The notes under the pieces were generated by a model. The model saw nothing but the letters and a program-made list of their open reading frames with translations. It was not told the origin of the DNA and searched no databases. DNA of 64,000 nt from Dendrobates tinctorius (taxonomy: Eukaryota), in the NCBI RefSeq assembly GCF_039654945.1, contig NW_027361751.1, forward strand, positions 8,184,001-8,248,000, in the 5' to 3' direction. The first letter of the stretch is position 1; each line of letters starts with the position of its first letter. This document shows positions 49,005-64,000 of the stretch, piece after piece. Both the position numbers and the translations under genes were made by a program.

Positions 49005-51632
49005 TAACTCTTAAAATCCACAACGTTCTCCACAGTTTCATTAAAAATATGTAGCGCTTGTGGAGCTGTCACCCTTACCGCTGCCGCCACCGATTATTGT
49101 TGATGATAGTTTGCTGTTTCAGGTGGCAAGAATTGTGGATTTCTCATATGGTTTGCCACTCTTTACAATATTTGGTGCACTGGAAAGGGGTATGGTCCTG
49201 TGGAGAGGATGTGAGTACCAGCATCCAAGGTTAATGCCCCTAAATTAATTTGGTCTTTCCATGCGGCCCATCTGGATAAACCAGATCCCGATGGTTCAGT
49301 AGCCCCTCATAGAAGGAGGGGTTCTGACAGAAGGGTGTCACACCCTCCTGGAAAACATGGAGTTAGATGGTCACATCGGGTAATGAATCGCAGGTCTTCT
49401 TTAGAGATGGTGGGATTTGTGTCCCATATTAAATGGATTTAGTTTCTTCTGGTGCTGAAGAGGTTAACAACCCTTTCTATTGTTTGTCAGAAATATGCAG
49501 CTCTATTTCAGCTGCTTTTGATCTGGTCATTACCTCTTTCTATATAAACTGGTCCGACCTTCTTGGCCCTGCTTCTTCCTGCACTGTGTGTTAAAGCTGA
49601 GTGGTTGAAATAAAGTTGTTGTAGAGGTGTTATGTGGTTTGTGCAAGCTGAAGGTTTTACAATGGCCCTCTCAGTCCCCTGATCTGAACATCATTGTTAT
49701 TCTGAGGCTAGACCTCAAAATAGCAGTGCATGCAAGACGACCCAGGAATATCACAGAACTGAAACAAATTTCCAAGGAGGAAACTTTACAGACCTTCGGT
49801 GCCCTTAGGCTGTTCAATCACCTGGGTAGTGGTGGATCATTTCTCGAAGATGGCACATTTCACTCCTTTATCGGGCCTTCCATGTGCTCCGGGACTTGCC
49901 AAGATGTTCATCCAGCACATCTTCCTTCTTCGCGGATTCCCTCATCACATCGACCGAGGCGTCCAGTTCACATCTAGATTCTGGCAAGCTTTGTGTAAGC
50001 TTCTGAACGTTGTCCTGGATTTCTTGTCTGCATTCCACCCTCAATCCATCAGACAGGTGAAGAAAATCAACCAGATTCTTGCTAGCTTCTTGCGGCACTT
50101 GACAAACGCATATCATGACGATTGGGTCAAGCTCTTACCATGAGAAGAGTTGAAGTCATCAAACAAATTAATCCCATATCCTATAAGATGGAAGCTTCCA
50201 GCCTCCTTATGAATACCCAATTCCTTCCATGTGTCACACCTGAAGACGGTCATCTTTAGTCTCTTCTTCGAGGATCCTGTTGTCATGCCTGCTCCCATTA
50301 GCTCCGATGATGTCTTTGAGGTGAAGAATATCCTAGACTTGCAGAGGGTAAGATGGAGGACTTTTTTTTTAGTTTGGAAGGGATTTGGACCTGATGAAAA
50401 ATCTTGTGAGCCCAAAGAAAATATTCATGCTTCACTTCTTTAGAAATTTCTAGCGGGCTTGAAGAAGTAGGGGCATAAAGTGGTAGTGGGGGGAAACTAT
50501 TAGCACATAGCCGACGCCCATGCTTGAGTCTCCTTCCTCTCCCTGCAGGGACGTCGGCGTGTTCACTTACCGTCCGAGCTACCTCAGCGTCTGTTTCCTC
50601 GCAAGTCCTGCGCACTGCACGAAGGTCTCCTAGGAGTGTGCTTAGGGTGCACACCAGTGTGCTCCTGGCCTCTTAAAGGACCAGTGAGCATGCTGCTAAA
50701 ATGTCCCCAGCTAATGGCTGGGAGACGTCTGGTGTTTAAGACACCTTCCTCTATTGGGAGATGTCTTAGCAACTTCAGTTATCAATCTATATCCAGATAC
50801 CTAGTTGTAATGTCCTTGTACCAGTGCTGTCTGTATCTGATCATGCCCGTTCCACTGTAACTATACCCAAAACCATTGTACCTGTGCCTATTCTTGTTCC
50901 TGACCTGTCTGAACCTGCACCTGTGTTCCCCTACTTGTGGCTGTCCTGGGTCTTTGTACCAGTCCTGCTGGTGCATGATCCTACAATCTGTCTTCCAGTC
51001 AAATACATCCTGCTAACCAGCTCTTGGCTGGTCCTCCTTTCCTGTCCCCTAGGGCAGTGGTCCCCAACCTTTCTAACTTTGAGAGCCACATCCAGCTCTG
51101 AGCAAAGCTTTTCCACAGAAGCAGTATATCAAGATCCAAGGGTTACCACAATCCCCCCTTTCAGTATTCTCCCATCAAGCACTCCCACCACACTGTCGTA
51201 TCCAACTTTAAGCACCCTCTGACCGGTAGTATCATCCTGTCTCCAGCACACCATCCTTATATTATCTCTAAACCCCTAAGAACAGTATATGTGCATTCAG
51301 ATCTGCGCCGGGCTACTCACAATATTCACCATTTTGAGATGCGCTCATCATAGCTCTTTGCTAGACCTGGAGCTAATGCACCAACCTAGCAGACAGCCGC
51401 GAGCCACAATTCATGAGATCGCGAGCCACATGTGGCTCCCGAGCTACAGGTTGGGGACCCCTGCCCTAAGGGGTCAGCTGCCATGGCTCCATCCTGGAGT
51501 AACCCTTGGTGTCCACCCAGGTTCAAGTCTAACCATACCATCAGGGGCTCCAGTGAAGTGAAGAACCATGTGTTCGCTTAGTTACACTCCTCCAGGCTCT
51601 CCCCGGACCGTGGCACAACCACGTGAGTGACA
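49005..51632 (+). mobile_element. Gypsy remnants: chromodomain (49005-49320), second integrase/chromodomain (49795-50495) and probable LTR
   Basis: KIHNV, VARIVD, WVVVDHFSKMAHF, DRGVQFTSRFW, FLVWKGFGPDE motifs; purine tracts; nested Tc1 fragment (~49640-49790) and hAT MITE. Confidence 0.75.
51055..51463. mobile_element. hAT/Charlie-type MITE
   Basis: CAGTGGTCCCCAACC...GGTTGGGGACCCCTG, 8-bp TSD CCCTAGGG/CCCTAAGG. Confidence 0.75.
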
Positions 51633-51634
51633 CC

Positions 51635-51872
51635 TACACACAAATATACCTATGCTATATACACATAAATATACCTATGTTATATACACATAAATATACC
51701 TGTTGTATGCTCACAAACAAATATACCTATGTCATATACACATAAATATGGCTATATTATATACAAATAAATATACCTGTTATAAACCCACAAACAAATA
51801 TACATGTTATATGCCCACAAACAAGTATACCTATGCTATATGCACATAAATATACCTATGTTATATACACAT
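51635..51872. repeat. AT-rich ~25-bp minisatellite (TATACACATAAATATACCTATGTTA)
   Basis: Directly visible. Confidence 0.8.
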
Positions 51873-51873
51873 A

Positions 51874-52642
<769 letters not shown>

Positions 52643-53186
52643 TGATGTGAAATATTGACCTGATACTGAATGTGTGAACATGGCCTTATTGTTTATATAC
52701 ACTGCGCAGTACCACTTATCAGTATCTGTATTATTCTTTATATATACACTGCACAGTACCACGTCTCCTGTCCTGTTTTTGGAGAGGTGACATTGGACTT
52801 CAGGATTGTCAGTATTAATTTATTATTTTCTAAATTCCTTTGGCCAAATAAATATACATCTTGGAAAACCTGTTTAAATCGGTTATCCGGACATTGGACG
52901 TTATCCCCTATCGTCTGGATAGGTGATGACTTTCCAATCGCTGGGGATCTGACTGCTGGGGCCCCATGATCTTGAGAATCGGAGCTCTGAAGAGCACAAT
53001 GTAAATGGAGCTGTGGTCAATCACACACACTGCTGCACCAAATAACTCCTGTTAAAATCACTGTTTGGGGCTGGTGGGTGTTACAGCATGTGAGCTAGTG
53101 GGGTTTGTGTGCCAGGGATGTTTTTTGCTCAGCCATGGATGGGGGCCCACGCCATCTAAACTGCCTGGGGCCCTGACTATTCATAA

Positions 53187-53690
53187 AGGGAATCTATCAC
53201 CCCATTTTTGGACTATCAGCTGCCGGCACCGCCATCAGGGGCATTCTGTAATGCTGTAGATAAGCCCCTGATGTAACCTGAAAGAGAAGAAAAACGAGTT
53301 AGATTATACTCACCCGGGGGGGCGGTCCGGTCTTGGTCCGATGGGTGTCACGGTCCGGCGCCTCCCATCTTGTAGCGCTGACGTCCTCTTCTTTGCTTCC
53401 CATCGCGGCTCCGACGCAGGCGTACTTTACCTGCCCTGTTGAGGGCAGAGTAAAGTACTGCAGTGCGCAGGCGCCGGACCTCTCTGACATGGTACTCTGC
53501 TCTGCCCTCAACAGAGCAGTGCGCTGGAGCCGCGACGGGAAGCAAAGAAGAGGTGAGTATAATCTAACTCGTTTTTAATCTCTTTCAGGTTACATCGGGG
53601 GCTTATCTACAGCATTACAGAATGCTGTAGATAAGCCCCTGATGGTGGTGCCGGCAGCTGATAGGTGAAAAATGGGCTGACAGATTCCCT
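53187..53690. mobile_element. Kolobok/T2-type palindromic MITE
   Basis: AGGGAATCT...AGATTCCCT|TTAA, long inverted arms. Confidence 0.75.
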
Positions 53691-53743
53691 TTAATCCACC
53701 CCTGCCTGCCAATACCTAGTTATATAGATCCTTACTTACTTAC

Positions 53744-53947
53744 CTGGTCTGGAAAGGAGTTTTCAATGGATTTCTCCAAGTCCATGTTAACTGAAACCAG
53801 AGTGGTTAGAGATTTTCCATCACCGTCTCCTGTGTCCCTGTTGGATTCTGTATCAGAAGCGTCTTTTCCTTCTTCATGTGCATCTACCAATTGAGGCTGA
53901 AAGACTTCCTTTGCGATATCCCCATTCACCGCCTCCAATTCAAGCTC
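53744..53947 (-). CDS. FAM169A: FAM169A penultimate coding exon
   Basis: 204 nt, ELELEAVNGDIAKEV...ENSFPDQ; TTTTAG / GTAAGT boundaries, phase 0-0. Confidence 0.82.
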
Positions 53948-54834
53948 CTAAAATGGAGATATAAGGGATTATCACAACTTTCTTACTCCATGTATGTTAG
54001 TCAGTGTCTCGTATATAACAGAACCAGCAGAGCAGGTGATCATACCAGTAAACATAAGCTAGACCTCAGTGCATTGTCTATACTGGGGAATAAATGGCTG
54101 CAGGTAACAGATGACATTTTTACCTCATGTTCCATCAGCCATAACTATTTATTGTTATGACTAAGAAGGAATTTAAGGTTATTTGAGGTAAATTTGTCAT
54201 TTTCTCATGTATCATTGAAGGGTTACTTCCATCTGAAACATCTCAGGATGTACTACAAGTGTCTGATAGATGCAGGTCACCTCTCCAGTCACAGTGGGGC
54301 AAGATGGAACATGGTTTTCTACATAGGTACAAACCCAGAGGTGGGACCACTACCTATCAGACATAAAAGTTTGGTAGGAATACCTCTAGTCTTTCATTAA
54401 GATATATTTTCATGACTCCATTTTTATATTATTTTTCTGACCATTTAAATATTTGTGATACTTTTTATTCCCAATTTTCGGTAAAACTTTTTTTTAATTT
54501 TCCTATGATACATTCATTTTGCCTGTTATATAAAATGGGGATGAGATAATAAAAATAGTCTTATTCTGAGATATTGTATTCATGTCTTATCCTATGGAGC
54601 AGATTAAACTGATCTTTCAGTTCAGATCTTTCAGTTTGGGGGGGTTTTCAGGACACAAATTTATTATATCCAAAAGTGAACTCCTGAAGGTGGGTGATAA
54701 GTATCCCGTAACCTTGCGGGAATCTCTGGAGTTGTATTTATGCTCTGTAAAAATCTACATCAGGCAGGCAGGTCCTATTAAGTGCTTTCGTGATTGAGAA
54801 TAGGTGTAGCAGTAATCAGAACTGGGTGTGAGTA

Positions 54835-55112
54835 AGGAAATTGAACGCAACTTCCCAAATATGTGATAAACCACAGATAATTTATGTTTTAAGGGGAGGG
54901 CGAGGCAATCACTTTTTCACACTGGGCCCTGTAGGTTTGGATTTCTTTTTTCCTTAATAATAAAAGACCTTCATTTATAGAGTGCATTTTGTGACTACTT
55001 GTGTTATCTTTGTCTAACAATTAAATTTGTTTGGTGATCTGAAACACTTAAGTGTCACAACATGCAAAAGAATAGGAAATCAGGAAGGGGCAAACACTTT
55101 TTCACACCACTG
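54835..55112. mobile_element. Tc1 terminal (IR/DR) fragment
   Basis: Two GGCAA..ACTTTTTCACAC direct repeats, ends CACTG-TA. Confidence 0.65.
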
Positions 55113-56651
55113 TATATTACATGCTTTGAATTGGAGGTGTATATATTATATGCTCACTGTGAGTTCCCTAATAACTGGCCTAGTAGTAGAAACTGCCGCA
55201 GCATCGTCCATCAATTGCCAATTGTACAGACGACTGGAGGCAGCAGAGTTGCGTCACTTGACACACGCAAATATATATTCCATCTATTCATCCTATTTGC
55301 ATACTCTAGCCAGGGAGGTGCCCATACACACACTAGACGTTACCACAGACCCTTACAGCCATAGAGTAGGTATCAGTACTATGCAGAGCACTCAGAAATA
55401 ATTTCTTACAGCTAGATTCAAAGAAGTTGTGTAAAATATGGGAACACTGGATGGGAGATGCGAATATCACTGATGATATACTATATGTCTAGGCTCAGAT
55501 GTTTCTCTGACCCAGTTACTGATGATTGCAAGTGAAGAGAAGTTCAGTGCTTTGAAATCTACAATATAGCCGAGCAGTGTCTGGAGTTTAACCCTTCTGT
55601 AATAGAAGATGTTCCACACCAGGGCAAAAAATTTTTGAGCATGCAGAGAAAAAGAAAGCAGGAGAATGCAGAACGATTTGTTATCCCTTTAGATTTGCTT
55701 CTTTTTCCTCCACATGAGGAAGCCATTCTGGAACAGATGAAAGAGTGCAGGTATGAAGGTCCGTGCAACAATGATCCTGCAGATTCTTCTGAAAGAGAGA
55801 ATTCTTCACAACCATACAGAACAGCGCTATCTGCATCTTATGAGGAACCCATAGAAGAAGGACCAAACAGTCAATCTCAAAATCCCTGGAACAAGCTACA
55901 GTCCTTTTGCGTCAGTGTGGGCGGCAGCCAAAGCCATAGTTATGGCCTGCAAAAATCTCTGCTTTAGCGTGCCCTGGCCACCTGCACCACCTACACACAG
56001 TCCCACTCTCTCATTTGCCTGGTTCTCAGGGTCCTCCCTGAGTCACAGAGAAACTTCTTCCTTCATTTCAGAGCATAAAGATTGATTCCATACGCAGCAT
56101 GTCCAGATCAGTTACAGCATTGACATGGGATTCCACACAGTACACATCGTACACTCTCCCTGTGCTCCTCCTCACATCTCTGGGCATACTCCCAGGTCCT
56201 ACCATTTCGCTCGGTACCGCAGCGTCCTCACTGTAGGGCTTAACTACCTTTAGGAGTTCCCCTGTCCATTTTGCCCCAGACATAAGGGCATCTGCCCATG
56301 TAGAAACATGTAGAAAGCTGCCACATCTTGAAGCGACCTGCGTTTCTATTCTGCTGCGACGTCTGCTGTACACTTTTCCTGTAGCTTCTGGCCACTATAG
56401 ATCCTGGACGGCTGGGCACCTAGCTTTACAATGTTGCGGGGTCACTGTGCTGTCCCGACTCTAAAGCCCATCTGGACAGTTTGGGGTCCCTGGCCCTACT
56501 ACCCACAATCAGGAAATGTTCCTAGCTTACCCACAGTGGCCCCTCCTATCCTTACTATATACACTAATGTACCCCATCTAGTGTTCTAACTGAGGTACTG
56601 CACTTTCCTTAAGCAACAGTATACATTCAACAGCACATGAGTACAAACAAC

Positions 56652-56682
<31 letters not shown>

Positions 56683-56958
56683 TGAGAGAGTAACAAATTC
56701 AGAAACGGGGCAAGTCTGGGAATAATAACGTCCCTGTAACCCCCCTTACATCAGCATTGCTACGAATTCCAATTCCGAGCCAAAGTATTTGTCTTCTGCT
56801 TCTCAGAAGAGCAAGGAAAATGATGCTGGATCAGATTCAAACAGTAGCACTCCCAATATATTCATAGCTAAACACCCTGCCTAACAGTCCCTGTATTACA
56901 TTACATACATAAACATATTTTTCTAAAAAGTATTTCTAAAGTTCATTTATGATATGTA

Positions 56959-58593
<1,635 letters not shown>

Positions 58594-58948
58594 TAAATGA
58601 GGCCTTTGACTAGTTAAGGGGGCGTTTGTGTCCACTGACCAGTCTGCCCACTTAGAAGACTTCCGATCATGCGCAGCGCGCCTCTCTGAAGCGGAACGCG
58701 TACACCCGGTTGCAGAGACTCAATAATGTAAGGGAAAGAAGCTGTGGCTTGTATAGTGCTAGCGATGATGCCAGCACTAGTAAGTCATGTTATCACACCA
58801 TCAGGGGCGTGATAACATGCTAAGTGGGCCGACTAGTCTATCTATTGGCCCACTATATAGCGGTTACTACAGGTATTACTGTGTTGTAACATTAATGTGA
58901 ATAGAAGAACGTTGTGATAATGTACAAACCAGCCACAGCTAAGGACTG

Positions 58949-59122
58949 GCCAACAGTAACAATGCCTGACTCCTAAGGACTGGCCATGAATAACAATGCC
59001 TGACGCCTAAGGACTGGCCATCAGTAACAATGCCTGACTCCTAAGGACTGGCCATGAATAACAATGCCTGACGCCTAAGGACTGGCCATCAGTAACAATG
59101 CCTGTCGCCTAAGGACTGGCCA
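58949..59122. repeat. 34-bp tandem repeat, ~5 copies
   Basis: CTAAGGACTGGCCA....TAACAATGCCTGAC.C units. Confidence 0.9.
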
Positions 59123-60074
59123 TAAGTAATAATATAAGTAAAAAAACAATTAGATTTATACACGATGGTCCTAATACGTAATAGTTTCGCCCTTAAACCA
59201 AAGGCTGCACTTCAAATACAGACAAATCATTATTTTTGTATATCTCATATCCCATTGAGAAAACAAAAATTAATAGAAGTGCTCAAAAAATTCATTAAAA
59301 TTGAAATTTATTGATTCATCTAAACATTATTAGAAATTACAGGAACATAAGATACTGGAATAAATGGAGGCTGGCTTTTAAGTCCACATTGATAACATAG
59401 CAAAGTAGAACAATAAAAAAATCATTACAAAAGTCTATAGTGCCTGTGCAAAATATTTGTAAAGTGCAAAATACATAAAGAGATACTGCTCTGTATACAC
59501 GTGATTGTGCAAAAGTGCTCTGTCATGAAATGACCACACAGGTTATATTAGCACTAGTAAATAAATATTAATACAGAAAATTAATTACTAGCACTATTAA
59601 ATCTATATTCATATTCTTTGTAAATCCATCCCATACATGTGAACGGATGTGAATGGTGTTATAGCTTAGGCATGTGCATGGATTTCTACAGGTCCACATT
59701 ATATATATTGGACATGCAGAAATTTCTGCATCACATTTATCACATGTACAAACCCTAAAAATTCATGATCACAGCTAAGCCGCGTGCAATGATCCTGTAT
59801 GGAGGCGAGTGGCCTATATTAGGTTTTCTGTGTCCCCACATACGGCACTTTACTCTTCCCCAGAAGTATTGCCATGAATACCCGCACTAATGGAACGGCA
59901 CTTTTTTGCACTCATGACTTCTAAATGAATCTGTGAGAAATTTTTTGTACCTTTGTAAAATATTGGTGGCATAGGGACATTATGGGCCTGAGTAGGATGG
60001 GCACCATATTATGGAGCAGAGTACTGTGATACGATACTAGTAAGGAGCTTTAACTAGACTTGTGATTTCCGTAC

Positions 60075-60252
60075 CTGTTTGCTCTCACTCCTTTCCTCTT
60101 TCTGAGGATCCAGGTTGTCACATAACATGTGCTCCACGGGTCTTGCTGAGATCTGCTCCTGGAGCTTGGTCATGTCGCTCTCATCCTTGTCTTCTGCAAG
60201 CTGCTGGATGAGCTCTTTGAAGGTCTCCACTATCTGTTCTTTAGACACCATT
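60075..60252 (-). CDS. FAM169A: FAM169A coding exon
   Basis: 178 nt, MVSKEQIVETFKELIQQLAEDKDESD...RSESKQ; TTACAG / GTACGG boundaries; phases fit both neighbours. Confidence 0.72.
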
Positions 60253-61919
60253 CTGTAACCAAAACAGCAGAATGAAAAAGTCACCAAAAAGCCACAGGGT
60301 CATACCAAAGTGCACCCACCTCTGCTCCAAAGTGATACAACTAATCATGGAGAACAGTCAGCAATCCATAAAAGTGCATTCACACAGAATCACAGAGATT
60401 TCATAGTGATCCGATACCCCACATAATACAATAAGGACAAGTGCCCATTAAAGGACATATAAGGGCTTAATTTCACAGCAATGTGTATATTTCTGATAGA
60501 AAAAACTGTTCCCAGTGCTGAAATCTATAAAGACACCCGACATTTCCACCAATCAGCTGTTATTTGCTCTGGCGGCGACCGGACGTAAACACTATGAACA
60601 GAGCTGCAGGGTACTGCAGAACAGAATATTTAGAAAATTAGGAAGGGGAAAGGGAAATTTGTGCTCACCAAAATAGTCCTATAAGCCGGTCGTGCCTAGG
60701 GATCAAATGGCTGACCACCATGTGTTGCAAACATAAAGAGAGAAGGAAGATCCAGTGCCGGATCTTCCTTCTCTCTTTATGTTTACTGCAGAACAGCTCC
60801 CATCAAATGAATAGGAGATGTTCTGCAGTACCCGGCAGTGGCCACTACATATTGGATAGAACTGCACTTTCCGGCTCTGTTCAAAGAGTTTACATCCTGA
60901 GGCCTCTGGAGCAAATAATAGCTGATCTGTGGTGGTTTCAGGGTGTCGGACACACACTAATCTTATTATTGACCCCATCCCATAGGTACATCAACAATAT
61001 GACAGCATGTTGTGAAGGACAACACCATTAAATAATCAATTATGCACGAGAATATAAAAACGTATGTATCTTATCAAATAAGTGCACTTCTTTCTCACCA
61101 ATAAGCCACTTCTTCCTCCCCGCACATCAACTGATCATTCACTTTCAATCTACTAGTAAAATCCGTCTTGAGAATCAAGATTATTATCTCGATTAGGGAT
61201 CACATTACATACTGCCCATAGAAAGCTTTGGAAAGGTGAGGGAGCTGGTGTAGGAAGACCGAGGCAGAAAAACAGCTCCAGCTTTTAGTAAGTGTTTTAT
61301 CTCATCTCATGGCTGGATTCACAGCTACACTACTCAGTACTACACCCAGACAAGTTTAATTTTAAGGACATAAAGCTCTCCTGATCAAGAGCTAAATTTT
61401 CTGTAAATCTCAGGAAGAACATACTAAGCAAAGTTCTGGTGTTTTGAGTGACTATTTTCTTAGAATGTATGAGATATTTTATGTGTTGGCTATCGAAAAG
61501 CAATAATGATTGAATTTTGCTAATGTATAATTTGGGGAAAAAAAGTGGAGGTCTAAATAAAAAAAAATACCATTGTGATCTCTATTAAATGCTAGGCTAG
61601 GGGTGTATATTTTTAACATTCCTTTTGTGTTAGAAGGGTCCATTAATAAATATAATCACTAACTAATTAATAAATTAATAAATACATTAATTAATTAATA
61701 AAGCTCATCACTAAATGACCTGTTGGTAAGGCCTCCAGTATTCGGCTATAATTTGTAAAGAAACCTATCAGCAAGTTTTCTACTACAGGAGACAAGAAGC
61801 ATAACATACACTCAATATTGAGTTTGCAGCATCAAGAAGGAAAAGTTGTGGAATTATGAAAATCACAGTATAGATTAATATGTTAATGATATGCAGATGA
61901 TCAAACAACATTTTCAAAA

Positions 61920-62200
61920 TATATTGATTTAATCAGCATCGAATATAAGCGCCACATACAGAAATTCCCTCACATACACGACTTGGCTACTATTGACAAG
62001 GTTATTAATGATTGTCTGAGCAATGTTCTGTCATTGAATGATCTTGAGCACGTAAATCATCAAGATCCACTGCTGGCAGCTACCTTTGTAATTTCTGACC
62101 AATGACATTCCAGATGTGTTCAACTGGAGACAAGTCCGGAGACTCTGCAGGCCATGGGAGCACGTTCAGGCAATGTCTACCATTCAGCACATCTATGACA
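61920..62200 (-). mobile_element. Old Tc1/mariner transposase C-terminal fragment
   Basis: PWPAESPDLSPVEHIWNVIG on the minus strand. Confidence 0.65.
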
Positions 62201-62445
62201 TCACTGATAGGTCAATTTGATGTTTGCAATTTTAAATGTTGAGGATAGCAGATTGTACTGAAATCAATGAAGTGTACATTGACATGTTGGTTCCTCCAGA
62301 AGGATATGCACCCACACCTTCGCTATTATCTCAAAATTCTCTTATGTGGTATTTATGACATTTATGTATGTTTTAATCACATAATCTCTTTAGGTAATGA
62401 TCTACAATCAGAGACTAATAAATAACAGTGGGTGTACACCATTAC

Positions 62446-62566
62446 TTCATAGATGAGTTATCACTGCTGGCAGTGTCCACCGCTGCTTCAACAACTTTCT
62501 TTCCAATATTTGGCCTCTTCAGCTGGCTGCTTCTAGTGCGAGTGGAGACGGGGGTTATATCGTACT
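62446..62566 (-). CDS. FAM169A: FAM169A coding exon; gene continues beyond right edge
   Basis: 121 nt, YDITPVSTRTRSSQLKRPNIGKK..., matches the conserved PVSTRTRS..LKRP.IGK motif. Confidence 0.82.
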
Positions 62567-62730
62567 CTAGAATAAAGGCGGAATTAACAAGTCTGATTAA
62601 TTGATCATACAATGGCCATGCTGTATTTTCTGGAACCCACTTTCTGAAAGTGTATTTCCAAAATATGATATGGATACATACATTATCATTTATTTCCCTA
62701 AATTCAGAAATCAGGCCAATTCAGAAGTAG

Positions 62731-63145
62731 CAGAAACAAAAAACACAAATATCCTAAAATAAAAAATAAACTGCAAATAATGCATAAAAGTAATAATAAT
62801 AATAAGCGTATATTATGTGTGTATAACTCTAGTATTTAAAACCTTTCCACTTGTTCACATTCACGTCACTTGGCAAGTAGAAAGGTTTTAAATACTAGAG
62901 TTAGGACTGTCCCACAGGGGTTGCCTTGACGTGGCGGGATGGTTTGTACATTATTTTGATCAAAATTATGTTTACTAAATACCCTTATTATTATTATTAT
63001 TACTTTTATATGCATTATTTGCAGTTTATTTTTTATTTGTGTTTTTTGTTTCTGTATTCTCTGTGTAATGGTCATGTGTTAATATGCGCTTACATTGTGC
63101 ATACACATTACCTTACTTTCTCAGTTCAGACTCAAGTTTTTTATT
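62731..63145 (+). mobile_element. Non-coding fold-back retroelement without a hammerhead
   Basis: 14-bp TSD CAATTCAGAAGTAG (62717-62730, 63146-63159); left arm is an internally deleted inverse of the T-rich right arm. Confidence 0.7.
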
Positions 63146-64000
63146 CAATTCAGAAGTAGGCAAATTTACCATGCTTCATTCACTTGTCTTAAATTTTATG
63201 CTTGATTCATTTTTTTCCTCTTTGGTGTGTGCACACGCTGCGGATTCTGCTGCGGTTCCGCAGCGGATTTGGCCGCTGTGGGTCCGCAGCAGTTTTTGCT
63301 GCGATGTACAGTACCATTATTGCCTATGGGAAATTGTCAATTGTCATGTCAATTGTTTCTGCGGATTCCGCTGCGGTTTGCCATCTCCTCCACTGTGGAG
63401 ATGAAAAACCACAGGGCAAAACCGCAGAGCAATCCGCAGGTAAAACCGCAGGTCTTTTGACCTGCAGATTTACCTGCAGATTTTACAAAATCCGCAAGGC
63501 CAAATCTTCACCCCATTCCGCAGGGTGTGCACATAGCCTTATACAAACAGATGAGGGAATTTACTAATTAAATTGAAACAAATTGGGGCTGAATCCTGGC
63601 ATACATGCCATGTATCATATTTAGGCAGTGGTCAGACATGCAAGAAACTCGCACGTCAATACCCGGCACTGCCGCCGGCACACGGGATCAGAGCGTTCAG
63701 CTGCATAGAAATACATGCAGCTGAGTGCTCCGGTCCAAGTGCCGGTGGCAGTGCCGGGTAGAGATGAGCGACTTTGCCTTTTTTCGGGTCGAGTCGGGTT
63801 TCATGAAACCCGACTTTCTCAAAAGTCAGGTCGAACGAAATCGGCCGATTATCGTGAAAAGTCGAAGGCCGACTGAAACAGGAAACCTAATGCAAGTCAA
63901 TGGGGAAGCAAAGTCGGCACCTACAGTGCCCATTTGAATGGCAAAAAATCAATTTTTATTACTGAAGCTTGTCAACCTTAATTTACTTCATAATAATAGT

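Noticed and set aside
62900-62945. Pistol ribozyme assignment for the shared motif (GCCACGT...CCTAA on the opposite strand)
   Set aside because: Only word-level resemblance; the P1/pseudoknot/P2/P3 topology could not be built

Overview
Vertebrate genomic DNA, most likely a frog (inferred from the repeat families). It carries the conserved GFM2(-)/NSA2(+)/FAM169A(-) block: the 5' part of GFM2 (8 coding exons, running off the left edge), the complete NSA2 gene (6 coding exons, 260 aa) head-to-head with GFM2 on a ~0.4-kb bidirectional promoter, and the last 4 coding exons of FAM169A. An intact, intronless ROPN1L-type gene (219 aa) with its own RFX X-box and polyA signal is nested in the last FAM169A intron. 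Most of the rest is transposon-derived: many Tc1 copies, a DIRS end, L2 and CR1 fragments, chromodomain-gypsy remnants, a 5.5-kb piggyBac-type element with a 390-bp internal array, and Harbinger/Kolobok/hAT MITEs and minisatellites. The most interesting signal is a set of short non-coding fold-back retroelements with Penelope-like architecture, two of them with 14-15-bp target-site duplications. Some carry minimal hammerhead ribozymes at the fold-back junction. Others lack a hammerhead but share a covarying stem/internal-loop RNA motif that I cannot assign to a known class. A Penelope GIY-YIG endonuclease fragment with a CpG-decayed hammerhead in the same window points to the autonomous partner family.
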